Source: Macrostomum lignano (lineage: Eukaryota). Taken from it: a stretch of DNA of 64,000 bases. Numbering within the stretch: the stretch's first letter is position 1; the number at the start of each line of letters is the position of its first letter. Location: NCBI GenBank assembly GCA_002269645.1, contig NIVC01000692.1:410689-474688 (forward strand). Reading direction: 5' to 3'. The notes beneath the pieces were generated by a model, which saw only the letters and a program-made list of their open reading frames with translations, did no database searches and was not told the origin of the DNA. Positions 43,432 through 55,800 of this stretch are shown here, one piece after another. The translations under genes and the position numbers were made by a program.

Positions 43432-44550
43432 AATACGCGACCCCACATGCAAAGTCACAGTTAGAGCAGGGCGCGTCAGATGGCGCGCTGAAGAGCCTGA
43501 GAGCGAACGAAGTCCGCTCCGTTGGCAGTGTCGGGTGCCCCAGCGTCGCACAGCAGGCAGTCCACGTATAGACGGGTTCGGGCCTGAGCCCGCCTGAACG
43601 GACCCTGCAAGGTGAGCAGCAGGACGTCCTGAACAAGTTGGGGGCAGTAGCCCTCGGCCCGGATCATGTGGCCCGCCAGTTGTAGTCGCCGCCGGCGCAG
43701 GATAATGGACGGGCGCTGCAGTTTGGCCCGATCGTTCAGGGCCTCGGTCCCGACGCTCTCGTCAGCTCAAAAGGCCGCATTGAGCAGCCCTGAGTGCGCC
43801 GAGTGCAGCTGCCGCTCCAGCGTAGCCGTCAGCGTCCACGTCTCGGCGTTGTAGAGCAGGACGGTTTCGACCATCGCCTGCCACAGCCGAGCCCTCTGGC
43901 GGTCGGGCAGCGTTTCGGATTGGACAACGGCCCGGATCGAGCGCAAGGCCGCTCAGGCAAGTCCTCTGCGCCGCCGGAGGTCTTCCTCTACGTGAGGCAC
44001 CAGACCGCCGAGGTAGGTGAACCGCTGGCAGCGTGCGAGCCTGGTCGTCTGGGTCCGCTGGGACCTCGGCCAGCACGTGCATTCAGCACCTCGGTCTTCA
44101 GCATGTTGACAACCAGACCGACGCTCGATGCCACCTCGACCAGCCTGTCGATCTGGCGCTGGGCGCTCATGAACTTTTAAACTAATGAACTAACAAATGA
44201 ACTCACTCGTGCACACACTCATGCACTCACTCATGCACTCACTCAATCACTCACTCATGCACTCACTTATGCACTCACTTACTCATGCACTCACTCATGC
44301 ACTCACTCAATCACTCATTCATGCACTCACTCATGCACTCACTCATGCACTCACTCATGCACTCACTCACTCATGCACTCATTCATGCACTCACTCATGC
44401 ACTCACTCATGCACTCACTCATGCACTCACTCACTCATGCACTCACTCAATCACTCATTCATGCACTCACTCATGCACTCACTCATTTAATCACCCATGC
44501 ACTAACTTCTGTAGTCGCTCATGACCTCACTCATGACCTCACTCACGAAC
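43277..44550. repeat. (ACTCATGC)n-type 8/12-bp satellite interrupted by the RTE insertion (main part 44195-44550)
   Basis: Degenerate units lie left of the insertion and homogeneous units right of it. Confidence 0.85.
43403..44165 (-). mobile_element. 5'-truncated, inactive RTE-like non-LTR retrotransposon (RT C-terminus and thumb) with a (TTG)n tail and 9-bp TSD
   Basis: Minus-strand translation SAQRQIDRLVEVASSVGLVVNMLKTEVL..RFTYLGG..MVETVLLYNAETWTLT..RRRRLQLAGHMIRA, with in-frame stops. TSD CTCATGAAC at 43394-43402 and 44166-44174; (AAC)n on the plus strand at 43400-43430. Confidence 0.88.
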
Positions 44551-44907
44551 TCTCTGGCTCATTAGATATCATAAGTTTCTTCGCTACTAAAAAGCACTTA
44601 AAATGAAACGAAGTGAAAATTTTTAAGAATTGCAATACAATGCTCCGGGGAATTCTTGTATTTGCTGAAGAATTATAAAATAAAATGAGCAAGCAATTTT
44701 GTTCTCAATTCTTTCTTTCTTGCAATAATTTTTAGAGCCACTCGATCCTCTTAACATGGCCAACCAGAACAGGTTTCTTCAAAAGGTTTTGCTTGCAGAA
44801 AAACCGTTAAAAATGAGACGCAGAAACTGATCCCACACCAGCTTTGGGTTCGCCCAGCAGAAAGTTTCAGAGGGAGTGGTGAACAACGGAAGTCCTCAGT
44901 CTGGTTG

Positions 44908-46813
44908 TCATTTCTTATCCGGCGCGGCGGCTGACGCGGCCGGCGCGGGCGAGGCGCCACCGGCCTTAGCGCCGGCTTGCCGCTTGCGCAGCATTTCGGC
45001 CAGCTCGTCGCGATTCGCCAGCAGTTTGTGCCAGTACTCCGGCTTGTTCTCCCAGAAGTCCTTGCTCCGACAGAACCACTCAAAGTAGCAGTGATGCTCG
45101 CCCTCGGGGAAGTAATAGTACACCGGCCGGCCGCATTCCGTCCTCTGCTGCTTTTTCTCCTTGTTTTCTTTGAAGAAGTTTTCGACATTCAGCTTCATAA
45201 GGCCGGTAAGGCCCGCAGTTTCAAGGTTGTGAGCGTACATCGACAGGTCAAAGATGTTCAGCAGGTGCTTACGGATGCCGATGTAGTTCACGTCGGCGAA
45301 GTCGATTTTCTTTTCAACGAAGCCGCAGTAGTTGGGGTCGCCCATCTTGGCCATGTCCACCATCATGTCCTTCATCTGGGAGCCGCCGTCCCCCCATTTG
45401 TCGTTTCGCTCTTCAAAAAAGTCTTTGTACTTTTCTATTTCTTGCTCAACATCCTCAGTGAGATGGCCAAGCTTTTTGCCGGACTCCTTCTTGAGAAAGA
45501 ACCAAAGGTACTGCTTTTCCTCGTACAGAACCTCATCACCAGTCTTCATAGTCATGTCCTCCTCACCGCGGTCCTTCAGCTCTTGAAGCTTCATCATCTG
45601 CCTATCGAACATGCCGTCCCAGGGGAAGTGGTTCTTGAGCAGTCGCAGCAGCACGTAGCAGGAGGACTCAATCTCACACAGCGGAGTCCGCGGCGCCATC
45701 TGGTGGTTGGAGCGAGGCGCCCACCTGCGGTTGCCCAGCGGAGCCACCAGAGTAGACGTCCAGGTCTCCTTGTACTTTGTCACAAGACCATAATCGATCA
45801 GGTAGATAGTGTTGCCGTTCTCACCTTTGCCAGTCATCAGCTGATCGCACTTGAGATCATTGTGCGTCAGGCCTAGAGCCGTGTCCTGAATGCACTGCAT
45901 CCTGGCGAAGAACTGATCCCCAACCATGAAGACGGTGCTGACATCAGCGGGGAGTTTTGCATATTGGTTGCTGTTAAGTAAAATCTATAGTATCGCCGAA
46001 AGTGTACAAAGAAAAGAAAAATTAAGAATCCTACCGAGTTGACAGACGCTGCTCGTTTTGACGGCAATTGTAGCTGCAGATTTCCATCATGTCCTCCATA
46101 TCCGGGCCGCAGATTTCGAACATGAGAAAGTGAAAGCCGTACATTTTGGTCTTTTTCGAGCTCTCAATATGCATGTAGGTGTAGTCGCCAAGGTGACCAA
46201 ACGCGTACGGTCGAGTGAAGCCCCGGGTATCTTTGTAGCCGAACCTAATAAGGAAATGCAAGTACGACCGGCTCCAAGCAACTATTGCTATGTCCATAGA
46301 AATATAAATTGAAAATTTAATAAATAACTTGAAATATTACCTAGAAAAAATGTTGTTCAGCGTGTTGTACTCCTTGTAAACAGAGAATCTCTCGGGGTCT
46401 GCGTCTGGTAGGTTCTTAGGTGTAATGGGGAAGTTCTCCACTTGGAAGAGAAACGCTGTTTCGCATTTCATGGCCACGCCTTGGTTTTTCTTCAGTACCA
46501 CGTCCGATTTATTGGGCGCCTTCAGGGCCTCTACCTGATTGAGGTATTCGTGCTTCTCGTCCCTGCCCAGTGTGACAGTAATGCTTTCGAGATCGTCGAA
46601 TGTGACATCCTTCTTGGCCGTGATGAGAAACACGTGACCGAATGCTCCAGCGCCCAGAAATATAGCAGATTCTGAGTTGAAACTCTTCTTCAAGATCGGA
46701 TCCTTGTAGATTTCGTTAGAGTAGAACTCGGTCAGCTTCTTCTTGACGATTTCCTCCTTCTCGGCCGGATTCACTGTCCTCTTTTTTGACCGCTTCTTGC
46801 TAGCGTCAGCCAT
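44908..46813 (-). CDS. Divergent casein-kinase-1-family (CK1/TTBK/VRK-like) protein kinase, about 581 aa; exons 46813-46341, 46244-46035, 45970-44908
   Basis: GAGAFGHVF Gly-loop, VAMKCE, FLMFEICGPDMEDMMEICS (compare CK1 MELLGPSLEDLFNFCS), TVFMVGDQFFARMQCI, HNDLKCDQLMTGKGENGNTIYLIDYGLVTKYKE and EIESSCYVL..FPW. Both introns are phase 2 and the total is 1746 nt. Confidence 0.88.
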
Positions 46814-47289
46814 GGCTTTAGAGCGTCCGCACTATATCGCCTGGATATAGCTTTGGGAAAAAATATAATTGAGTAACTAGTGTTTGATTCTCTGCACGGC
46901 GATATAGAAAAACTCAGCACTGTACTTGTAAGAACACTAGTAGAATATGCCAATATCCATAGACGACGACTTGAGACTGAGCTGCGTAGATCAAAGCAGA
47001 AATTTTGTCTACGGCATTGGTTCAAGTCTAAAAATAGCTATTGGCTTGGCTTTGTCCCGTGCGCATAAACGTTTTCGAATGCTTTAAAAGTTCATCAATT
47101 TTTTAAGTGCATTGACTATAATCAGGCATCGGATCGGCATCATGACAATAGGCACCTTGACCCCCCGTGATGCGCGTGTACACAAACAAGTCAAAAGTCA
47201 AGTAGAGGTGAAATATTTCCAAATAAATTAAATGATCCTTAAACTATTTGTAGACAGTGGGAAAAATTGCAATTCTTGCTTAATAATTC

Positions 47290-47502
47290 TACAACACAAC
47301 AACAAAATACGTTGTCAGCCAGTCAAACGAGAAACGTCACAGGGCGCGTTTCAGGGCCCTAGGCGCGAACGTAGGCCGCACCGCCGGCAATGTCCGGGGC
47401 GCCGGCATCAGCTAGCCAGCAGGCAGTCGACGAAACGCCGAGTGCGCGCCTGCCCCCTCCGGTAGGGTGTCTGCAGCGTGAGCAACAGCACCTCCTGCAC
47501 CG
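47290..47502 (-). mobile_element. Second, shorter 3' fragment of the same RTE-like family
   Basis: VQEVLLLTLQTPYRRGQARTRRFVDCLL aligns with VQDVLLLTLQGPFRRAQARTRLYVDCLL of the 43.4-kb copy. It has a TTG-rich tail and a possible TAATAATT TSD (47281 and 47558). Confidence 0.82.
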
Positions 47503-47505
47503 AAT

Positions 47506-47564
<59 letters not shown>

Positions 47565-47565
47565 T
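47506..47565. repeat. (TAA)n microsatellite abutting the RTE fragment
   Basis: Directly visible, about 19 units. Confidence 0.95.
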
Positions 47566-49854
47566 GTACTAGCTAATTCCAATCAGGTTTAAGTAAACTC
47601 CAGGGGAGCAGCCAGGTGCAACTACATTGCACTCGACCTTGCTTCTGATATCGTTTTGCATTCGTATTGTAGGCTGCATTCACGGTGCGGATTATTCCAG
47701 ATCTTTAAATTGTCCAGCTTAGCTACTTCATTTGTACACCATCACACAGAGTTACCCGAGTCCCATGGCCATTGTATTTCATTTCAACCTAAACTTTCTT
47801 TAAAGTTGCCTCTCTTCAGAGTCTTTTTTAAGTATTTCCAGTCAAAGAAGGAAGTATTATATTGATGTAATTAACTGCGGATTATTTGCCCGTCAAGCTT
47901 GCTCAAATGTTGGTGTGGCATTCGAAATTGCCGACAGACTAATATGTATTATGTGGAGATGAGAACCAAGCGTCATGAATCCATAAAGGCTTAGAAAGCT
48001 GGGAGAGATCGGAACCCGGATGTTATAATCTCAAATTGTGATATATGGTGTGAAAGAAAGCTGATAAATTAGCATAAATACGCTCGTATAATGGGTCAAG
48101 GGAGCTAGCAATTAACTTGAAGTAAAAAGATAAAGCCTGTCAACAAACCTTTTGAGGTGTAACTCTACTGAGTGGTAGCAAACTCTTTAATGGTGTATCT
48201 ACATTTTGTAGGACCAAGGATCGGACCATTAGTCTAGAAGTCCTTGATCCTCGCCTTCTGCTTTGCCTGATGTCTCGCATACTGCTTCATATTTTTTTTT
48301 ATTTAGTCAACCCCAAACCATACACGGGATTCGGCAATAGCCTTCGAATTTAGGAAAGAATTTGTTTCAAAGAAATTTTAACAGTACAGTTTAGTCGGTG
48401 TTTGGACAGCATAATTTCTTTCAGTAGCAAAAACTCTGTGTTAAAACAGGCAATCGACCTCGAATTGAGTACAAACTTAAAACCGATATTTTCTGAGAAA
48501 CTTCTGCGAAGCACCAAGTTTCCAGCTCACAGATGGCTTGATTGATAGTCTAGCATTTCATAAAATAATGCTGTTGCCTGTGAACCTAGACTTTTAAAAC
48601 AATATTTTTCTACTTAATAATGGGATAAAATCAATCAATTTACCCAAATCAACTGTTTTAATTCTAAAAACCTTACTGGGTAAATTTTTGCGCTAGAATT
48701 CTCAAACTTCATTCGTCTTGTATATCAATAATTTCGATTCGATCAGTCAATTCATTAAAAAATATGATTATACTATAGCATAGGTATATTCACTAAGTTA
48801 TATATATACAAAAACTAATCTATTTATTGATAGCTATGGCTGCTTTTAGAAAAAATCTAAACTAGAAGCTAGGATAGGACATGTTAACAATCAACCTTAT
48901 TTTTTAAACATGTTAAACAAAGTCCTATACAAGATTGTAGTTTTACATTTCATCTGCTAAGAAAATAGAAAAATAAATGGTTCTATTTCTATAGAACTAT
49001 TTCTATAAACATTTCTAGCAGCTATAAATTTTAATATGAATTTATTAATTCGTCTTGACATGGTAATTGATATGAAATGGTAATTTAATTTAAACATAGT
49101 CATAAGTCATTAATAAATATTAGGAATAAAATTTATATAAAGTCTATAATCTAAAACTTTGTTTAAAGATCATAAAATAGAAATGTTAACAAACTTTATA
49201 TTTATAATAAAAGAAAATACTTTTGTCTTACAAAGTATTTATAGAAAGATAATGCATATATAATTTAAATACTTAGCATGCCCTTTATTACCAAATTATC
49301 ACAAATTCTACAATATTCCAAAATAAAAAAATAACATGATCTTTATATATGTATGTTTATCTATATTATAGATAGATATAATATGAGTATTTTGATATAT
49401 TAACTAAATAACATTATTTATGATATAATTTGCTAGTTTTGCTAGATTTGCCAATTTTTTAAAATATTGTTGTGGTAGAAGCAAATATGCTATAAAATCT
49501 TGTTACTAGATTTCCTAAAGCTTTGGAGATTCTTAAATAAATGAAACTAGTTTTATTATAAAACAGTTATAACACAGGATAGGGCAAGCCAACATAATTA
49601 AAGATCAAAAGAAGACTAGCCTTATTATAACTCAGTTCAAATTCAAGCCTTCAAAATCCTATATATGATTTTTCTATTTGGTAATAGAGAAGGCACTTCT
49701 AAATCTGCAGTTAACTCTCATTGTTAAGAGTTAGTACGAGTGTAGCAGAAAAATGAACAAAACAACTCTTAGATCTGCGATTAGAATTAGATTCTGATAA
49801 CTGATTTCTGCAGCAATAAATAGCTCCAGCACTTGTGCACGGCTCTTCTCCCTG

Positions 49855-52800
49855 ATGGCGGAAGCGCCAGCGGACTCTGGTGCCAATATTGATGAAGCGG
49901 TCAGCCAGCTGGCCGAAGAAGCGCGCCTACTTGGCGTTGAATTACGCAGCGGCGCTTGGCGCGCTCAACGGCGCCTTCAACAGCTGACAGAGCGACTCAA
50001 GCCGGTTGAAGCTGAGCAATGCCGACTTGGGCGGCTGCGCGTCGATGCCCCCGACCTGCCGAGTGCGGACCTGCTGCGCGGTCTTGCCGGCCTGATGCAG
50101 CGCAACGAGATGCTGAGAGACCAAGTTGCTGAGCAGGAGTGCTCACTGCGACTACTGCTGGACCAGGTGCGTTGAGGCCCCCGTAGCTCCGCACTCGGCA
50201 ACAGTTATTTTACAGTAGAACTGCCAGTTGGTTAGGAGAGCCATGCTATTCCACCCACCCCTAGCAGCAGTGGCTCCGATTCGGATGCAGCAGGGAGATC
50301 CGGGTAGTGCCTGTGTCCGTCCTCAATGTTACGGACCAGTAGCACTTTGGTAGCGGACGAGCTGTCTGAAAATACAGGAGAGATCGGGGTTCGGGTCGAT
50401 ATAGTTAGTCTGTTCCGAGTAAAGGCGGGGCATTCGCTGATGAAGTGCTTCGCATTCACAATACTGGAGAGGCAGAATAGGCAGTTTTCAGTGCGGACTT
50501 TTTAGAAAGTTGATGTGTACTGACCAGGTGTTCTTGACACCTTGGGCTAGTTAACTAGGACTGGTTGAGATTGAAGAATTTTCGTCGAAATCCTTTAATA
50601 ACTCTCGATTATCTTGGCTGTAGTTAATTTGAATCTTGCTGACAATATAATGCAGGCAAGATTGAGGAATGTTGTGCCAAATGTTTACCGTCATGAAAAT
50701 GCCTAATGGTCTTCAAACGGGGCTATGAGGCTGAAAGTCTATGAAGCTTTCAGGCCTGCCTCAAGTATCTTGCCAGTAACAGTGGGGTGTCAGTAACAGG
50801 AGACACCATCTACAGAGGCGCAGATCCCTGTGACTGATGCTGAAAGCTGTTTGGAACCAGCTGCTTTTCAGTGAGTGCATGACTACCTTTCAGCCTTTCA
50901 GGCGGGAAATTGCAGGGAAAAGTTTTCGGGGCAATTCTCGGACTCTTCAGTAAAAATTGTTAATGTGTCTGTTTATGCTCACCAGTACGATCGCTAGATG
51001 CATACAGGGCACATTTGTTCTCGCTAATTCACTGATTATCTTCACCGGCCGAAATTGCAGGTGTCAGTCTATCAGGCGGCGGAGCGCCTACCCGAGCTTG
51101 AGTCGGAGTGTCGCCGCCTCTCTGAGCAGCTGGCCAGACTGCCAGACTGCCAGACTGAGGCTTGTCAGCGGCGTTTGGCGCCGATTCCACCGAGTTGCTG
51201 TTTCAACTGAAAGCAACTGAGAGCAGGTGATTGAGGACGTTAAATTTTAGTTCTTCTTACACTGTGTCTTTTCGAAAACCCTCAAACTGCACTTGACTGT
51301 AGTGCTTTTACCGTTTCGTCTTTAGATGGAGCTGGCCTATTCGGTTGCTATGGAAACGCAGCGAAAACTGTTGGAACTCTTGAACTCTGCTGCAGAGGAG
51401 CACGAGCGGACTTCAGCCAGATTGGAGGATCTGTTGTCTGAAACAGAGCTGGAACCGAATCCAGTGGAGGCAACCGTCATGGTTAGTGCATGGGCAAATT
51501 GTACCGTGTCAGGATAGTTTAGAGCTAGCAAAGCATTATAAGAAAAAAAAATCTTACGAAAATTTTTTTTAGCTAAAAGCCGTTGCCAACAGAATTTTTC
51601 GCAGTGCCAGGAATCGAATCGATTTGAACGAAGAGTACCTTGGCGAGACCGCGATCAAAAGTCTGCTTCAGATTATTCGAGTGAGTAATTCGTTTATGAT
51701 ATTTATTGTTGTAAAATGAATAGCTTGAATGAAGGATATTTACATACCGATATAATAACTACGACCTATTTATACAGGAAGAGACGCTTCAAGCTGCAGG
51801 TAAAGCCAACCAGTTGACCGAAAGCAAAGCACGTGCGGCGGCGGCTTACATTGATAAACCGAATTCTGATGAGGCGGAGGCGCGCGAGAATTTAGAAATT
51901 TCTAGACAGGCTTTGGATTATAGCGAACCAGAAGAGCTCATTGGAAAGCCGCATGGAGTTGAAGTGGAACCAAGTTCAGCTGCATCAAGACCTGGTTCAG
52001 GAAATTCTGCCAGAAGTTGCACCCAGGCCAGTATCCCTGAAGATGCTAGTTCCGTTGTGTCCTCATTCGTGGATTTGATTTCGCATAGCAGTTCAGCTGA
52101 CAAGGACCCAACAACTCTACAAGTTTCCAATGGGACAAAGTCTGCTAACCAGTCTGAAGTTCCCACAGAGCCCCGAGTTGGTGAGCTTGTAGCAGCCACT
52201 GATCTCACCCAACAATCGTTGTCTCGCAAAGGAGCGGAAGTTATTGAAAGCATATCAAAAGCTAGGGAGCTGAAAGTTCTCACAACAGACTCAAATGCTG
52301 TTGAGTTGGCAGAGGACGGCTTTTTGACCGTTCTTAATGACGATTCTGACCATTATTCGGTTTCTAGTGCAAAAGTTGGCCGATCAGTTGCAAGCACTCA
52401 TCAAACGGACGTTGACCTGAGTCTGCTACTGGCTCCAAGCACAAAGTATTTTGATTCTGAGGAGAGAATTAAATACGAAGCTGCTACCTTTGATGAGATT
52501 TCGAGTGAAGAATCGTCTGAAATCCGGTCAATTGTTTCGATTAAGCCCGGTGGAGATTCTGATGCTGTCACCGATTGTGTCAGCAGTGCCAGTGCGAACT
52601 CCAACAACAGACAACAGCTAGAACAGCTGCTTTGCTCCTCCAATCAAGGAAATAAAGATAGAAGTAGTTGCAACTACAAACGCGGAACCTGTGCAATCAA
52701 AGCTGATAATAGTGCGAAACTGAATTTGAGTATCCATTTGACTAGTAAAGTGGACCAATTTGCTGGAGATGAAAGTCTGAGGACAAGCTTCCTGTCATCC

Positions 52801-55800
52801 GCAGTGCATCGGGAGGAATACGATTTTCCTACTAGTAGCAATACTACCAAAGACGGGTCGCTATCACGAAGCCAAGTTTCAAGCGAAAATGCTATGGTTG
52901 AAAGCAGGCTTATTTCGCAAGCCGGGGCTTCTCTAAATGAGGCTAATGATGAAAAGCTGACTTTGACGGAACCTGCCCCCGCCACAGTTGAAGGTATTGA
53001 AGAGAACCTACCGATATCGAAGATTGAAAGTTCGCACTGCGATTCTATCGTTGATGGCAGACAAGCTTTAGGAGCGAAAATCGCATCACTCGAAACTGGT
53101 ATTGCTGTAGAGGTGCCCTTGCCTGACGCTAAAGCGTCCAAAGTGCAGGATGTCATGGAGGAAACCCCGAACTCAGCAAAAAGTCCCTTGTAGCATCAAA
53201 GACAACATTGAAAAACAACTGGGCGTCAGAAATCCAAGCCTCTTCAGACGGAAGCATAATTAAAGGTGCGTCCACTACTGAGACAGATGTTTTAACTACA
53301 GAGTTTGTTCAGAGAGCAATGCTGGCTTCTGAGACCAAAGCTTACCAGGATAAGTACAGTGAGTCGAATTTGGAATTAGAAGTTTCACATATGAAAGAAA
53401 GAGACCCGAATGCTGGGAGCAAACTCATATTGCCGAAGACGGATTTAGAAGAGAAGCCGACCTCTCACTTACATACGCATGTGATGGATAATGTTGAAGA
53501 GAGGCGAAGCTCTATTGCTGAACATTCAATTTTGGCTAGTTTTGTTGCGAAGAATCCAAATTTTTCGGCCAATGTTTCACCAGTCAGTGAGTCTCAGGCT
53601 TGTAAAACTAAACTTCCGCACATGAAGGCTGTGATGCAAGTTGAGTCATTTTTTGAAGCTGACATTTTTGCCAGTGCTGTTGAAAGCGAGCCGAACTTAC
53701 AGTCGGATGTTTTACGTACGCAAAGCGCTTTAGAGGATATCCTCACCCCACAGACTAGAGGCACTGTTGAGCACGAGCCCACTTTGCCTTCTCGGATGTT
53801 TCCTAAAATCGCGGTGTTGAAAGAGATTTCACAAATCGAAGCTCCAGCATCTACTAAGGGTAGTGTAGAAGATGAACAGACTTCTAAGAACCAATTCGCT
53901 TCTGTAGGCGAATGCTGCGAAGAAATTCCTACTTTTGAGACGCAAACTTTACAGGCTAAGGTAATCGTAGAAGACAGACCCACGTCAGATAAGGCGTCTT
54001 TAACACTTTCCAGAAGTTGCAATCACGAAATTCAGAGCTTCCCTAAACAAAAGCCGACTTTTGAGAGCATTTTAAATGCGAATGACATTGCGAAACTGAC
54101 GCTTACTCGAAAGGCCGAAGTTTCACGCGTGATAGACTCCGACGAAGAATCACTGATTTCAGTGACTGAAAATTCATCCGTAGTAAGCAGAACGAAAGAG
54201 AATCTGGCGTCTGGGACCGACGCAGAAAATACAGAGGATGAGAGTCCAGCTTCACAGACTCAAGATTTATGCGTGACGGGCACTCTGAAAGAGACTCCAA
54301 CATTAGAGACGGTTTTTCAAACAATTGGAATGAAAATCCTATACGAGCATAATTTTTCAGTAAGCCTAGATGAGACACCGACTGCAGAGACCGAAATTTC
54401 TCACGCATCGGAAACTACGGGTTCAGCCCCGACATCAGAGACTGAAAGTCTCTATCCTTCAAACATTCCGATTCAGAGATCACACGTAGAAAATTCCAAA
54501 GAAACGCCGGAGGACTTATGTGTGATGAATAGTACCGCGAAGAAACAGAAGTCAACGTCAGCGGCTGAAAATTCGCGTATAGGCATGATAAACACTAAGA
54601 AAACGTCTCCTATTACAGCAGATGTTCAGAGTTCAGCAGATGGAAGAATTCCAACATCAAGTATCAACGTTCTACGCGTCAAAGATGCCGAAGAACTGAA
54701 TAAAACCCCTGAGTCCAAAGGTTCAAGCCTGATTGACGCCGCAGAAGATGCTCAAACTTCAGCGATAGAAATTTCAAAAGAATTAGAGACCGAATTTTCA
54801 CGCGTCATTGACACAGAGAAAGTGAATCTGACTTCAAAGACGAAAGTTTTGCGCGTAATGGACCCTATGACGAATACTTCCGCTTTAAATTCCCAAACTT
54901 CGCTAGCACTGGGAATAGACTGTCAGGAAGAGACTTTGAAATCAGACACCGAAGGTTCAGTCAGTAAGGATGCTGAAGAAAATAATCTGTCATTCCGACA
55001 GCTTCCGACTTTAATGTCAGAATGTTTTCTCAGGGAGGATACTGAGGATAGAAAACTTACCTCAGAGACTGAAGGTTTAGGCCTGAATGAGGAGAATTTC
55101 ACTTTAAAGAAAAGTAAAACGCCTGCAGGTTTTCAACAGGTAGAGCCGGGTTCAAAGCGTGTCGGTCAGCCAGCTACTAGTGGAGCAGCTTCAGACACTG
55201 ACAAGGTGGAGACGGATGCAGAGCGTGTCGATCAGCCAGCTAATAGTGCAGCAGCTTCAGATACTGACAAGGTGGAGCCGGATGCTGAGCGTGTCGATCA
55301 GCCAGCTAAGAGTGCAGCAGCTTCAGATACTGACCTGGTGGAGCCGGATGCAGAGCGTGTCGATCAGCCAGCTAATAGTGGAGCAGCTTCAGATACTGAC
55401 CTGGTGGAGCCGGATGCAGAGCGTGTCGATCAGCCAGCTAATAGTGGAGCAGCTTCAGACACTGACCAGGTGGAGCCGGATGCAGAGCGTGTCGATCAGC
55501 CAGCTACTAGTGGAGCAGCTTCAGATACTGACCTGGTGGAGCCGGATGCAGAGCGTGTCGATCAGCCAGCTAATAGTGCAGCAGCTTCAGATACTGACAA
55601 GGTGGAGCCGGATGCTGAGCGTGTCGATCAGCCAGCTAAGAGTGCAGCAGCTTCAGACACTGACCTGGTGAAGCCGGATGCAGAGCGTGTCGATCAGCCA
55701 GCTAATAGTGCAGCAGCTTCAGATACTGACCTGGTGGAGCCGGATGCAGAGCCAGCTAATAGTGGACCAGCTTCAGATACTGACCTGGTGGAGCCAGATG

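Noticed and set aside
53170-53215. Programmed -1 ribosomal frameshift joining ORFs 51814 and 53208
   Set aside because: The run is only five A's and does not form an X-XXY-YYZ heptamer in frame. Similar 1-nt losses elsewhere in the window point to assembly error.
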